Source: Roseateles sp.
GTDB taxonomy: Bacteria; Pseudomonadota; Gammaproteobacteria; Burkholderiales; Burkholderiaceae_C
Direction of reading: 5' to 3'
Length of the DNA: 61,611 bases
Assembly (NCBI RefSeq): GCF_031397715.1
Contig: NZ_JANNMI010000199.1
Span: forward strand, 1 to 61,611
This document shows positions 48,577 to 60,267 of this stretch, piece after piece. Positions within the stretch are counted from its first letter, which is position 1. Every line of letters begins with the position of its first letter. The notes below the pieces were generated by a model, which saw only the letters and a list, made by a program, of their open reading frames with translations, was not told where the DNA came from and made no database searches. The position numbers were made by a program, and so were the translations under genes.

Positions 48577-50160
48577 TCAGCGTCGCTTGGCTCCGCCGCC
48601 CAGCAGGCTGCCCAGCACGCCGCGCACGATTTCGCGCCCGACCGAGCTGCCCATGGTGCGCATCGCCGACTTGGCCGCCGTCTCGGCCAAGCCCGCATGA
48701 TGGCCGCCGCGCGGGCCGGTTCTACCGAACAGCAGCTCCTTGAGGCCGCCCAGCATGCCGCCGTCGCTGTCGGCAGCCGTGGTTGCGGCGGGCGTCGCCG
48801 CAGAGGCCGCGCCGCCCTTGAGCTTCTCGAATGCCGACTCGCGGTCGACCAAGGCTTCATAGACGCCGGCCACCAACGAGTTTTTGATCAAGTCCTGGCG
48901 CTGTTCGGGCGTGATCGGCCCGATCTGGCTGCCCGGTGGCAGCACGAAGACGCGCTCGGTCACGCTGGGCCGGCCCTTCTCGTCCAAGAGGCTGACCAGT
49001 GCCTCGCCGACGCCCAACTCGGTAATGGCGGTGGCGATATCCAGACCCGGCTTGGCGCGCATGGTATCGGCCGCCGCCTTGACCGCTTTTTGGTCGCGCG
49101 GCGTGAAGGCGCGCAACGCGTGCTGGATGCGGTTGCCGAGCTGGCCCAGCACGGCGTCGGGAATATCCAGCGGGTTTTGCGTCACGAAATAGACCCCGAC
49201 GCCCTTGGAGCGCACCAGGCGCACGACCAGCTCGATGCGTTCGACCAGCGCTTCCGGTGCGTCCTTGAAGAGCAGATGGGCCTCGTCGAAGAAGAACACC
49301 AGTTTGGGTTTGTCCAAGTCGCCAACCTCGGGCAGGGTCTCGAACAGCTCGGACAACATCCACAGCAGGAAGCTGGCGTACAGGCGCGGCGCGTTCATCA
49401 GCTTGTCGGCGGCCAGCACATTGATGACGCCCAGGCTGGAGGTCGGCGTCGCCGGGCCGCCCCAAGGCGCCGACGCGCCCCCTTGGGGGGCAGGAGCCGC
49501 AGGCGACGTGGGGGCCCAAGGTACGGTTTGCATGAAGTCGGCAATGTTCAGCATCGGTTCGCCGAAGAATTTGTCTCCGCCTTGGGCCTCGATCTGCAAC
49601 AGCCCGCGCTGAATCGCGCCGACGCTGGCGGCCGAGACATTGCCGTACTGGGTGGTGAACTGCGCGGCGTTGTCGCCGACATGCTGCAGCATTGCGCGCA
49701 AATCCTTCATGTCGATCAACAAGAGGCCGGCGTCATCGGCGATCTTGAAGACCATCTGCAGCACGCCTTGCTGGGTCTCGTTCAGCGCCAACATGCGGGC
49801 CAGCAGCAGCGGGCCCATGTCAGAGATGGTGGCGCGCACCGGGTGGCCTTGCTCGCCGAACACATCCCATAAGGTGGTCGGGCAGGCCAGCGGGGCCGGG
49901 GCTTCGATGCCGCGCTCCTTGAGCGTCGCCAAGAGCTTAGGGGAAGGCGCGCCGGCCTGCGAAATGCCGGTCAAGTCGCCCTTCACATCGGCCATGAACA
50001 CCGGCACGCCGATGCGGCTGAAATTCTCGGCCAGGGTCTGCAGGCTGATGGTCTTGCCGGTGCCGGTGGCACCGGTGATCAGGCCATGCCGATTTGCTAA
50101 CGCTGGCAGCAGATGGCATTCAATTTGACCGTGGCTGGCCAGCAAAATCGGATCGGACAT
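48577..50160 (-). CDS. DUF853 / YjgR HerA-like ATPase
   Basis: [46 protein letters not shown]. Confidence 0.92.
   Translation of the reverse strand: MSDPILLASHGQIECHLLPALANRHGLITGATGTGKTISLQTLAENFSRIGVPVFMADVKGDLTGISQAGAPSPKLLATLKERGIEAPAPLACPTTLWDVFGEQGHPVRATISDMGPLLLARMLALNETQQGVLQMVFKIADDAGLLLIDMKDLRAMLQHVGDNAAQFTTQYGNVSAASVGAIQRGLLQIEAQGGDKFFGEPMLNIADFMQTVPWAPTSPAAPAPQGGASAPWGGPATPTSSLGVINVLAADKLMNAPRLYASFLLWMLSELFETLPEVGDLDKPKLVFFFDEAHLLFKDAPEALVERIELVVRLVRSKGVGVYFVTQNPLDIPDAVLGQLGNRIQHALRAFTPRDQKAVKAAADTMRAKPGLDIATAITELGVGEALVSLLDEKGRPSVTERVFVLPPGSQIGPITPEQRQDLIKNSLVAGVYEALVDRESAFEKLKGGAASAATPAATTAADSDGGMLGGLKELLFGRTGPRGGHHAGLAETAAKSAMRTMGSSVGREIVRGVLGSLLGGGAKRR
49450..49515 (+). repeat. 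Palindromic REP-like element inside the DUF853 gene
   Basis: 66 bp; head CGCCGGGCCGCCCCAAG identical to 39045; GCCCCC-TTG-GGGGGC hairpin; ends GGGGGC. Confidence 0.75.
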
Positions 50161-50181
50161 GAGGGCTCCAGAAAGCAAGGC

Positions 50182-50296
50182 TAAAGCGCTTTTGCGCTTC
50201 AGAGAAGACTCATATCGCGAAGCGATGTGATGTCGGAATTAAAGCGTTTTGCGCTTCAGAGAAGACTCATATCGCGAAGCGATGTGATGTCGGAAC
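50182..50296. repeat. Tandem duplication of a 57-58 bp double-hairpin element
   Basis: Units 50182-50239 and 50240-50296 differ by one indel and the last base; each carries TCATATCGC-GAA-GCGATGTGA. Confidence 0.9.
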
Positions 50297-50362
50297 TAAA
50301 ATTGCAGTCTATCCAACTAATGTGGGTCGCAATTTTGACGACCCAGCAGGAGCAAAAGCCAC

Positions 50363-51088
50363 ATGGCTGGTCATTCCAAATGGGCCAATATTCAGCATCG
50401 CAAAGGCCGCCAAGACGAAAAGCGCGGCAAGATCTGGACTCGCATCATCCGTGAAATCACCGTCGCCGCGCGCCTGGGCGGCGGCGACGTCAAAGAAAAT
50501 CCGCGCCTGCGTTTGGCGGTTGAAAAGGCCCGCGGCGCGAACATGCCGGCCGACCGCATCAAGTACAACGTCGACAAGGCCACCGGCAATCTGGACGGCG
50601 TTCATTTCGACGAGATCCGCTATGAGGGCTACGGTATCGGCGGTGCGGCGGTGATCATCGACACGATGACGGACAACAAGGTGCGCACCGTTGCCGAGGT
50701 GCGGCATGTGTTCAGCAAATGCGGCGGCAATATGGGCACCGAGGGTGCCGTCGCCTTCCAGTTCAAGCATTGCGGCCAGCTGGTGTTTGCGCCCGGCAGC
50801 TCGGAAGACAAGATCATGGACGTGGCGCTGGAGGCCGGTGCCGAGGATGTCATCGCGGGCGACGACGGCGCGGTGGAGGTGCTGACGGCACCGGCCGACT
50901 TCGAGGCGGTCAGAGATGCACTCGAGGCCGCCGGCCTGAAGGCCGAGGTGGCCGAGGTGACGATGCGGGCCGAGAATACCGTCGAGTTGAGTGGTGACGA
51001 CGCGACGCGTATGCAAAAGCTGCTGGACATGCTGGAAGACCTGGACGATGCGCAAGCCGTCTACTGCAACGCCAATATCAACGAATGA
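50363..51088 (+). CDS. yebC: YebC/PmpR family protein
   Basis: [31 protein letters not shown]. Confidence 0.96.
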   Translation: MAGHSKWANIQHRKGRQDEKRGKIWTRIIREITVAARLGGGDVKENPRLRLAVEKARGANMPADRIKYNVDKATGNLDGVHFDEIRYEGYGIGGAAVIIDTMTDNKVRTVAEVRHVFSKCGGNMGTEGAVAFQFKHCGQLVFAPGSSEDKIMDVALEAGAEDVIAGDDGAVEVLTAPADFEAVRDALEAAGLKAEVAEVTMRAENTVELSGDDATRMQKLLDMLEDLDDAQAVYCNANINE

Positions 51089-51107
51089 GTAAGAAGAAAG
51101 TCTGCGC

Positions 51108-52388
51108 ATGAAGGTTTTGGTAATTGGCAACGGCGGCCGCGAACACGCGCTGGCCTGGAAGCTGGCACAAGCTGAGCGGGTCAGCCAGGTCTATGTGGCC
51201 CCCGGCAACGGCGGCACCGCGCGGGACCCCCGGCTGACGAATATCGCCATCACCGATGTGAAAGCGTTGGCCGACTTTGCCGTCGAGCAAAAGGTGGTGC
51301 TGACCGTGGTCGGCCCGGAGGCCTATCTCGCCGCCGGTGTCGTCGACGAGTTCCGCGCCCGTGGTCTGCGTATTTTTGGGCCCACCAAGGCCGCCGCGCA
51401 GCTGGAGTCGTCGAAGGCCTTTGCCAAAGACTTCATGAAGCGCCACAACATCCCTACGGCTGCTTACGAGGTCTTCAGCGATGTGGCATCAGCGCATGCT
51501 TATGCCGAAGCCCAAGGCGCTCCGATCGTCATCAAGGCCGACGGCCTGGCCGCCGGCAAGGGCGTGGTCGTGGCGATGAGTTTGGCCGAGGCGCATGAGG
51601 CGATCGACTGGATTCTGGAAGACAACAAGCTCGGCGTCGTGCACAACGAAGGCGGCGCGCGGGTCGTGATCGAGCAATTCCTGCAAGGTGAAGAAGCCAG
51701 CTTCATCGTCCTGTGTGACGGCAAGAACGTCGTTTCGCTGGCCACCAGCCAGGACCACAAACGCCTCAAAGACGGCGACGAAGGCCCGAACACGGGCGGC
51801 ATGGGTGCGTATTCGCCGGCCCCGGTCGTCACGCCCAATGTGCATGCCAAGGCGATGCACGAGATCATCATGCCGACCATCCAGGGCATGGCGCGCGACG
51901 GCATCCCCTTCACCGGCTTTCTCTATGCCGGACTGATGATTGACGCGGCCGGCCAGCCCCACACGGTCGAGTTCAACACCCGCATGGGTGATCCCGAAAC
52001 GCAACCCATCATGATGCGGCTGAAAAGCGATCTGCTCGAAGTGCTGCTGCACGCCACCGACGGCACGCTCGACCAGGTCGAGTTGCAGTGGGATCGGCGC
52101 GTCGCACTCGGCGTGGTGATGGCCGCCGGGGGCTACCCACTCAGCCCCCGCAAAGGTGACGCGATCAGCGGCTTGCCGACCGACGCGGAGGATCATATGG
52201 TCTTCCACGCCGGCACCGCTGAAGTAGCAGGGCAGCTGCAGACCTCGGGCGGGCGCGTGCTGTGCGTGACGGCCTTGGGTGAGTCGGTGCGCAAGGCGCA
52301 GGCGCTGGCCTATGAGAGCCTAGTCAATATCCAGTTCGAAGGCAAGCAGTACCGCCAGGACATTGGCTATCGGGCGGTGAAGCGTTGA
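51108..52388 (+). CDS. purD: Phosphoribosylamine--glycine ligase
   Basis: [25 protein letters not shown]...[20 protein letters not shown]. Confidence 0.98.
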   Translation: MKVLVIGNGGREHALAWKLAQAERVSQVYVAPGNGGTARDPRLTNIAITDVKALADFAVEQKVVLTVVGPEAYLAAGVVDEFRARGLRIFGPTKAAAQLESSKAFAKDFMKRHNIPTAAYEVFSDVASAHAYAEAQGAPIVIKADGLAAGKGVVVAMSLAEAHEAIDWILEDNKLGVVHNEGGARVVIEQFLQGEEASFIVLCDGKNVVSLATSQDHKRLKDGDEGPNTGGMGAYSPAPVVTPNVHAKAMHEIIMPTIQGMARDGIPFTGFLYAGLMIDAAGQPHTVEFNTRMGDPETQPIMMRLKSDLLEVLLHATDGTLDQVELQWDRRVALGVVMAAGGYPLSPRKGDAISGLPTDAEDHMVFHAGTAEVAGQLQTSGGRVLCVTALGESVRKAQALAYESLVNIQFEGKQYRQDIGYRAVKR

Positions 52389-53320
52389 ACACGCAACGCG
52401 TACGTGACTATCTGCTTGATCTGCAGGCGCGCATCGTCGCGGCCTTGCAGGCGGCCGACGGCGGCGAATTCCTCAGCGACGGCTGGACCCGCGAGCCGGG
52501 TAGCCGCCTGGAGGGCGACGGCCTGTCGCGCCTGATCGAGGGTGGCGCGGTGTTCGAGCGCGGCGGCGTCAATTTTTCCCATGTGCGGGGTCGGGTCTTG
52601 CCACCCTCGGCGACACAGCATCGCCCCGAGTTGGCCGGTGCGCCGTTTGAGGCGATGGGTGTGTCCTTGGTGATGCATCCGCACAACCCCTTTGTGCCGA
52701 CGGTGCACATGAATGTGCGCATGTTCGCGGCCTTCCCAGTCGATGCAGAACCCGTCGTGTGGTTTGGCGGCGGCATGGACCTGACGCCGTACTACGGCTT
52801 CGAGCGCGACGCGCAGCATTTCCACCGTACGTGTGAGGCGGCGCTGCTGCCGCATGGCGACGCGCTCTATGGCCGCTTCAAGCCCTGGTGCGATGAGTAT
52901 TTCTATCTGAAGCACCGCGACGAGCCGCGCGGCATCGGCGGGATCTTTTTTGACGATTACTCGGAAGGCGGTTTCGAGGCCGCGTTTGCAATGCTGCGCT
53001 CGGTCGGCGATGCGTTTGTGCCGGCCTATCTGCCGATAGTCGAGCGCCGCCATGGCCTGGCCTATACCGAGCGCGAACGTGACTTCCAAGCCTATCGGCG
53101 CGGACGTTACGTCGAGTTCAATCTGGTGTTTGACCGTGGCACCCTTTTTGGCCTGCAATCGGGCGGCCGCACCGAGGCGATTCTGATGTCGATGCCGCCC
53201 ATCGTAAAATGGCGCTATCAGTGGGCACCGGAGCCCGGCACGCAAGAGGCCAAGCTGTACAGCGATTTTCTGCGGCCACGCGATTGGGCGCATGAAGCAG
53301 CCACCCATCTATGGCTGTAG
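52385..53320 (+). CDS. hemF: Oxygen-dependent coproporphyrinogen III oxidase
   Basis: [45 protein letters not shown]. Confidence 0.97.
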   Translation: MNTQRVRDYLLDLQARIVAALQAADGGEFLSDGWTREPGSRLEGDGLSRLIEGGAVFERGGVNFSHVRGRVLPPSATQHRPELAGAPFEAMGVSLVMHPHNPFVPTVHMNVRMFAAFPVDAEPVVWFGGGMDLTPYYGFERDAQHFHRTCEAALLPHGDALYGRFKPWCDEYFYLKHRDEPRGIGGIFFDDYSEGGFEAAFAMLRSVGDAFVPAYLPIVERRHGLAYTERERDFQAYRRGRYVEFNLVFDRGTLFGLQSGGRTEAILMSMPPIVKWRYQWAPEPGTQEAKLYSDFLRPRDWAHEAATHLWL

Positions 53321-53925
53321 CAGGGCGGCGCACCGGCTTGTTCGGTGGCAGTTTTGATCCTCCTCATCTGGGACATTTGAGCCTGGCGCATTGCGCCTTG
53401 ACTCAGCTGGGATTGGACCAATTGCTGTGGATGCCGGCCGGCAGGCCTTGGCAAAAAACCGGCCGAGGTTTGGCCGCACCCTTGCACCGGCGCGCCATGG
53501 CCGAGTTGATGGTGGCGGGCGAGCCGAGGTTTGCGCTTGACGACAGCGAGCTGGAACGCGATGGGGCCAGCTACACCATCGACACCGTGCGGGCACGCTT
53601 GGCTGCACACCCGGATGAGCAATTGTTCCTGGTGATAGGCCAGGATCAGTTCGAGCGCTTTCACACCTGGCGCGACTGGCGTGAGCTGCTCGGCCTGGTC
53701 ACGCTGGCGGTTGCGGCCCGTGCGGGTCAAGAAGTTCAGGGTTCGGGCGAAGTCGGGGAAGCCCTTCAAGCCGAGTCCAACAAAATGCGGAAACTGGCGA
53801 TGCCGGCGATGCAGGTTTCATCCACCCAAGTGCGCGAGCTGGCCTCGCGCAACGAGGATATCCGCCCCTTGGTGGGCGACGCGGTGGCGGGGTATATTGC
53901 CCAACACCGTCTTTACTGTGAGTAG
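53311..53925 (+). CDS. nadD: Nicotinate-nucleotide adenylyltransferase
   Basis: [29 protein letters not shown]. Confidence 0.95.
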   Translation: MAVAGRRTGLFGGSFDPPHLGHLSLAHCALTQLGLDQLLWMPAGRPWQKTGRGLAAPLHRRAMAELMVAGEPRFALDDSELERDGASYTIDTVRARLAAHPDEQLFLVIGQDQFERFHTWRDWRELLGLVTLAVAARAGQEVQGSGEVGEALQAESNKMRKLAMPAMQVSSTQVRELASRNEDIRPLVGDAVAGYIAQHRLYCE

Positions 53926-53932
53926 GTACTGC

Positions 53933-54679
53933 ATGGACATTCGTAAACTGCAACGCGCCATCGTCGATGGTTTGGAAGATGTGAAGGCCCAGAACATTCT
54001 GGTCTTCAACACCGAGCACCTGACCCCGCTGTTCGAGCGCGTGATCATCGCGTCCGGCACCAGCAACCGTCAGACCAAGGCCCTAGCTTCGGCCGTGCGG
54101 GTCACGGTCAAGGAGCGCGGCATGGATGTGTTGCGCTGCGAGGGCGAGGAAAACGGCGAATGGATCATCGTTGACTGCGGCGCCGCCGTCGTGCACGTGA
54201 TGCAGCCCGCCATTCGCGACTACTACCACCTCGAAGAGTTGTGGGGCGAGAAGCCGGTCAAGATGACGCTGGGCGATGGCAAGACCCGCTTGGTCAAGGC
54301 CTCGGAAGAAGAGGACGAGGACGCACCCAAGAAGCCCGCCAAGAAGACAGCGGCCAAGAAGACGGTTGCGGCTTCCTTGCCGGGCAAGCCGGGCGTGGGC
54401 AAAAAGGTCGCCGCCAAGGCCGCCGCCGACAAGCCTGCCGTCAAGAAGCCAGCCGCCAAGAAGCCGGTGGATCGCTCGTCTACCAGCAGCCGCGAGGTCG
54501 ATCACAAGACACCCGCCACCAGCACCTTGAAGGTCGGCGCCGCCAAACCAGCGGTGAAGAAGGCCGCCGTCAAGAAGGCCGCCGTCACCAAGACCGTCGG
54601 CGTCAAGCGAGCCGCAACTAAGCCTGCGGTGAAGGCCGCGGTCAAGAAGGCCGCCAGCAAGAAGAGCAGCGACGCCTGA
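53933..54679 (+). CDS. rsfS: Ribosome silencing factor RsfS with long Lys/Ala-rich C-terminal tail
   Basis: EDVKAQNI, IASGTSNRQ, WIIVDCG, YYHLEELW; then PAKK/AAKK repeats. Confidence 0.93.
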   Translation: MDIRKLQRAIVDGLEDVKAQNILVFNTEHLTPLFERVIIASGTSNRQTKALASAVRVTVKERGMDVLRCEGEENGEWIIVDCGAAVVHVMQPAIRDYYHLEELWGEKPVKMTLGDGKTRLVKASEEEDEDAPKKPAKKTAAKKTVAASLPGKPGVGKKVAAKAAADKPAVKKPAAKKPVDRSSTSSREVDHKTPATSTLKVGAAKPAVKKAAVKKAAVTKTVGVKRAATKPAVKAAVKKAASKKSSDA

Positions 54680-54687
54680 TCTGCTGA

Positions 54688-55155
54688 ATGCGTTTGCTCT
54701 TGGTGGCCGTGGGCCAGCGCCAACCGGCCTGGGCCGAGACGGCCTATGAAGACTTCGCCAAGCGCTTTCCACCGGAAATGCGCCTGGAGTTGAAGGCGGT
54801 CAAGGCCGAAACACGCGGCAGCAAGACGGCCGAGCAATTGATGGCGGCGGAAGCGCTGCGCATCGAGGCCGCCTTGCCGCGCGGCGTGCGCCGGCTGATT
54901 CTGGACGAGCGCGGTGAGCGCCGCACCAGTATGCAGTTAGCCGAGCGGATGAAGTTGTGGATGGGCGATGGCCGCGATGTCGCCTTGATCATCGGCGGGC
55001 CGGATGGTTTGGCCCCGTCCTTGAAGGCCACTGCCGACGAGACGCTGCGTTTGTCTGACCTGACCTTGCCGCATGCCTTTGCTCGCGTGCTGCTGGCCGA
55101 GGGCTTGTACCGCGCTTGGACGGTGATGACCGGCCACCCCTATCACCGCGAATGA
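54688..55155 (+). CDS. rlmH: 23S rRNA pseudouridine-1915 N3-methyltransferase
   Basis: [23 protein letters not shown]. Confidence 0.96.
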   Translation: MRLLLVAVGQRQPAWAETAYEDFAKRFPPEMRLELKAVKAETRGSKTAEQLMAAEALRIEAALPRGVRRLILDERGERRTSMQLAERMKLWMGDGRDVALIIGGPDGLAPSLKATADETLRLSDLTLPHAFARVLLAEGLYRAWTVMTGHPYHRE

Positions 55156-55763
55156 GGTCGGTCATAGACTTCATCTATCTGGCTTCGCAGAGCCCTCGTC
55201 GAAGTCAGTTGTTGACACAGCTTGGCGTGCGCCATGAATTGCTGCTGGCCGGTGCCGAGGAAGATGCCGAAAGCCTGGAAGCCGAGATCGCCGGGGAGTC
55301 GCCCGAGGTTTATGTGGCGCGGGTCACCGAGGCCAAGCTGGATGCGGCCTTGGCCAGGCTGGCCGCGCGCGGCTTGCCGCCGGCGCCGATTCTTTGTTCG
55401 GACACGACGGTGGCGATCGATCAGCACATCCTCGGCAAGCCGGTGGACGCAGACGACGCGTTTCGCACACTGCGCCTGTTGGCGGGTCGCAGTCACCGCG
55501 TCATCACCGCCGTGGCGCTGGGCCAAGGCGCGCGCCGCAACGCGGCCTTGAATGTGTCCTGGGTTGATTTCGCTGTGCTCACCGACGCGCAGATTCACCA
55601 CTACATCGGCAGCGGCGAGCCCTTCGGCAAGGCCGGCGCTTATGCGATTCAAAGTCAGGCGGCGGCCTGGATTTCGCGCATCGAGGGCAGCTATTCAGGC
55701 ATCATGGGCTTGCCGCTGTTTGAGACGGCGCAACTGCTTCGGCAATGGGAAGTTCAGTGTTGA
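55152..55763 (+). CDS. maf: Maf-family nucleotide pyrophosphatase (YhdE-like)
   Basis: [32 protein letters not shown]. Confidence 0.93.
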   Translation: MRSVIDFIYLASQSPRRSQLLTQLGVRHELLLAGAEEDAESLEAEIAGESPEVYVARVTEAKLDAALARLAARGLPPAPILCSDTTVAIDQHILGKPVDADDAFRTLRLLAGRSHRVITAVALGQGARRNAALNVSWVDFAVLTDAQIHHYIGSGEPFGKAGAYAIQSQAAAWISRIEGSYSGIMGLPLFETAQLLRQWEVQC

Positions 55764-55798
55764 CGCATATCGGCAGCCAGTGCCGATATGCGTCAACA
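55758..55798. repeat. Perfect 18-bp inverted repeat between maf and rng
   Basis: TGTTGACGCATATCGGCA-GCCAG-TGCCGATATGCGTCAACA; no U-tract. Confidence 0.85.
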
Positions 55799-55813
55799 TT
55801 CGAGATTAGCGCC

Positions 55814-57301
<1,488 letters not shown>

Positions 57302-57366
57302 GCGGATGTAAGCCCGGCCTTGGCGCCGGTTTGTTCGGTCAAAATACTTTAATAATTTTTTTAGTC

Positions 57367-58707
57367 ATGAATGCGAACCCCATGCCTGAGCAGAAGTCTC
57401 TGAATCGTCACTCGCGGCGCAGTGTGCTGCGGCAATCCGCCGGCGTCTATGCCGCTGCGTGTTCAGCGGTTTTGGCCGGTTTCAGCCCGCTGGCCAGCGC
57501 CCAATTTCGTGTCGATATCGCCGGCGTGGGGGGCACTCAGATGCCGATCGCGCTGCCGGATTTCCGGGATGAAGCGCGCGCCGGTCAACCGGTGGCCGCC
57601 ATCATCCGCTCGAACCTGGAGCGCAGCGGACAGTTCCGCATCATTGATGCGCCGGCCGGCCTGTTTGAGGGGAGCCAACCGCTGTGGCCCGAGTGGCGCG
57701 CACGCAATGCCGACGCCTTGGCGGCCGGCTCCGCCGCGCGCCTGGCCGACGGCCGCGTCGACCTGCGCTACAAACTCTGGGACGTGGTCAAGGGTCAAGA
57801 CCTGGGCGGCGAGGCCCATGCGGTCGCCCCCGAGGATGTGCGCCTGGGCGCTCACCGCATCGCCGACACCATTTACCAAAAGCTGACCGGTGAGCGCGGC
57901 ATTTTTGCCACGCGCATGGCCTATGTCACCAAGGCCGGCGGGCGTTACAGCCTGCGCATCACCGACGCCGACGGCGAAGGCGGCCAAGTCGCCTTGGCAA
58001 GCCCTGACCCCATCATCTCGCCCGCCTGGGCGCCGAACGGCAAAGAGCTGGCCTATGTGTCGTTCGAGACCCGCAAGGCGGTGGTCTGGATTCAGGACGT
58101 ATCGACCGGCCGGCGCCGGGTGCTGGCGGACTTTCGCGGTACCAATAGCGCGCCGGCGTTCTCGCCCGATGGCCAGCAGGTGGCGCTGACGCTGTCACGC
58201 GAGGGCGGCTCGCAGCTCTTCATCATGAACCGGGACGGCAGCGGCCTGCGCCGGCTCACGCAAAGCTCGGCGATCGATACCGAGTCGGTGTTTTCTCCCG
58301 ATGGCCGCTCGATCTATTTCGTCAGCGACCGCGGCGGCGGCCCGCAGATTTACCGCATGGCCGTGGCCGGTGGCGCGGCCGAGCGCGTCACCTTCAACGG
58401 CGCCTACAACATCAGCCCGGCCATCAGCCCGGACGGCCGAACCATGGCCTTTATCGCGCGCATGGGCGGCAATAGCTTTCGCCTCAGCGTGATGGACCTG
58501 GGCTCGGGCACGGTGCAGCAGATCAGTGACAGCAATGATGATGAAAGCCCAAGCTTTGCGCCGAACGGCCGCTTGCTGGTTTATGCGACGCGGGCTGGTG
58601 GCCGCGATGTGCTGATGACCAGCACCCTGGACGGCAAAATCAAGGCCAAGTTGATTTCAAGTGCGGCCGATGTTCGAGAGCCAACTTGGGGCCCGTTTGG
58701 GCGTTGA
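57367..58707 (+). CDS. tolB: Tol-Pal beta-propeller protein TolB
   Basis: AHRIAD, SPAWAPNGKELAYVSFE and repeated SPDG propeller blades; exact start uncertain. Confidence 0.95.
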   Translation: MNANPMPEQKSLNRHSRRSVLRQSAGVYAAACSAVLAGFSPLASAQFRVDIAGVGGTQMPIALPDFRDEARAGQPVAAIIRSNLERSGQFRIIDAPAGLFEGSQPLWPEWRARNADALAAGSAARLADGRVDLRYKLWDVVKGQDLGGEAHAVAPEDVRLGAHRIADTIYQKLTGERGIFATRMAYVTKAGGRYSLRITDADGEGGQVALASPDPIISPAWAPNGKELAYVSFETRKAVVWIQDVSTGRRRVLADFRGTNSAPAFSPDGQQVALTLSREGGSQLFIMNRDGSGLRRLTQSSAIDTESVFSPDGRSIYFVSDRGGGPQIYRMAVAGGAAERVTFNGAYNISPAISPDGRTMAFIARMGGNSFRLSVMDLGSGTVQQISDSNDDESPSFAPNGRLLVYATRAGGRDVLMTSTLDGKIKAKLISSAADVREPTWGPFGR

Positions 58708-58852
58708 TTTAAATCGTTTAGATTGAGTTTTTTGCCTGTCAAGGCTGCTGCAGAAGTTGTTGGATAATTACTACGTTGCTTGCGGTCTGAATCTGGATCA
58801 GCAAGCCAAGCCCCGCAAGCGTTTTGCGATCGTATTTGAAGGAGTGATCCGA

Positions 58853-59404
58853 ATGAAATTGACTCGAACGAATTTGACCGGTTATGCGATGAGTTTGTTG
58901 ACGCTTGCGGCCCTGGGCGCTTGCAGCACACCCGTTAAATTGGATGAGCCGGCCCCCGTAGAGACCCGTCCTGTGGCGCCCAACAGCTCGGCAAACAGTG
59001 GTGCCAACAGCACGCCGATGGCCGAGTCCAAGGTGTCCACGGTTGACCTGGGCGCCCAGTTGACGGCTGCTGTGGCCAGCCAACGTGTGGTGTTGTTTGA
59101 CTTTGACAGCTATGTGGTCAAGGACGACTACCGCGGCTTGGTCGAAGCCCATGCCAAACGCCTGGGCAATGACCGCAAGCTCGCGCTAAGCCTGGAAGGC
59201 CATACCGACGAGCGCGGCGGCCGCGAGTACAACTTGGCGCTGGGTCAGCGCCGCGCTGAGGCGGTGGCCAAGTCACTGAGCCTGATGGGCGTTGGCGCGG
59301 CACAAGTCGAGCCGGTCAGTTTCGGCAAAGAGAAGCCTGCAGCGCAAGGCAGCGACGAAGCCGCTTGGGCGAAGAATCGCCGCGTTGAGTTGAAGGACAA
59401 GTGA
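58853..59404 (+). CDS. pal: Peptidoglycan-associated lipoprotein Pal
   Basis: LGAC lipobox; FDFD, EGHTDERGGREYNLALGQRRA, KNRRVE. Confidence 0.96.
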   Translation: MKLTRTNLTGYAMSLLTLAALGACSTPVKLDEPAPVETRPVAPNSSANSGANSTPMAESKVSTVDLGAQLTAAVASQRVVLFDFDSYVVKDDYRGLVEAHAKRLGNDRKLALSLEGHTDERGGREYNLALGQRRAEAVAKSLSLMGVGAAQVEPVSFGKEKPAAQGSDEAAWAKNRRVELKDK

Positions 59405-59405
59405 G

Positions 59406-60209
59406 ATGACGCTGCAGCGTCAGCAGATAGGCCGATCCTTGGTGGCGCTGGCACTGGCAGTGGCGGTGAGCGCCTTGTTCAGTCTGTCGGCACATGCCGC
59501 CTTGTTCGATGACGACGAGGCGCGCAAGGCGATTCTTGAATTGCGCAATCGAGTGCAGCAAAGCGAAGATGCGCAGCGTTTGCGCATTGAGCAACTCGCG
59601 GCGCAGTCGCAAGAGCAGGTCGGGCCTTTGCGCCGCAGCATGCTGGACCTGAATGCCCAGATTGATGTGTTGCGACTAGAGGTCACCAAGCTGCGCGGCC
59701 AAAACGAGCAGCTGGCGCGCGATTTGTCCGAAACTCAACGCAAGCTGAATGACCAAACTCAGTCTCTGGACACGCGTTTGAAGCCCTTGGAGCCTCAAAA
59801 GGTTCAGCTTGATGGGCGTGAGTTTCAGGTTGACCCCGAGGAGCGCCGGCAGTATGACGCGGCAATGGGCTTGATTCGGCGCGGCGATTTCGCTGAGGCA
59901 GCAACGGCGATGGTGGGTTTTCTGCGGCGTTTTCCGGCCAGCGGCTATGTCGATTCGGTGCGCTTCTGGCTTGGCAATGCGCAGTACGGCAAAAGGGATT
60001 ACAAGGACGCGATCGCGACCTTCAAAACCTTTATCTCCGGCAATCCTCAGCACCCGAAAGCCGGCGAGGCCTTGCTGGCGATGGCCAACAGCCAAATCGA
60101 GCTGAAAGACGGCAAGTCGGCTCGGCGCAGCTTGGACGACTTGATCAAGGCCTATCCAGGCACCGAAGCCGCTCAGGCCGCCAAAGAGCGCTTGGCGTCC
60201 CTGAAGTAG
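59406..60209 (+). CDS. cpoB: Tol-Pal cell division coordinator CpoB/YbgF
   Basis: LFDDDEARKAILELR, coiled coil, TPR repeats; follows pal. Confidence 0.93.
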   Translation: MTLQRQQIGRSLVALALAVAVSALFSLSAHAALFDDDEARKAILELRNRVQQSEDAQRLRIEQLAAQSQEQVGPLRRSMLDLNAQIDVLRLEVTKLRGQNEQLARDLSETQRKLNDQTQSLDTRLKPLEPQKVQLDGREFQVDPEERRQYDAAMGLIRRGDFAEAATAMVGFLRRFPASGYVDSVRFWLGNAQYGKRDYKDAIATFKTFISGNPQHPKAGEALLAMANSQIELKDGKSARRSLDDLIKAYPGTEAAQAAKERLASLK

Positions 60210-60233
60210 GTTCCAGTCAAACATCTTTTCAAT

Positions 60234-60259
60234 GAAGCCCTGTTCGCGGGGCTTTTTTC
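60234..60259 (+). terminator. Probable intrinsic terminator after tolB-pal-cpoB
   Basis: AAGCCCTG-TTCG-CGGGGCTT followed by a T tract. Confidence 0.7.
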
Positions 60260-60267
60260 ATCCCGCC

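Noticed and set aside
50182-50296. Possible mini CRISPR array
   Set aside because: The two units are directly adjacent with no spacer, are longer than typical CRISPR repeats, and no cas genes are present
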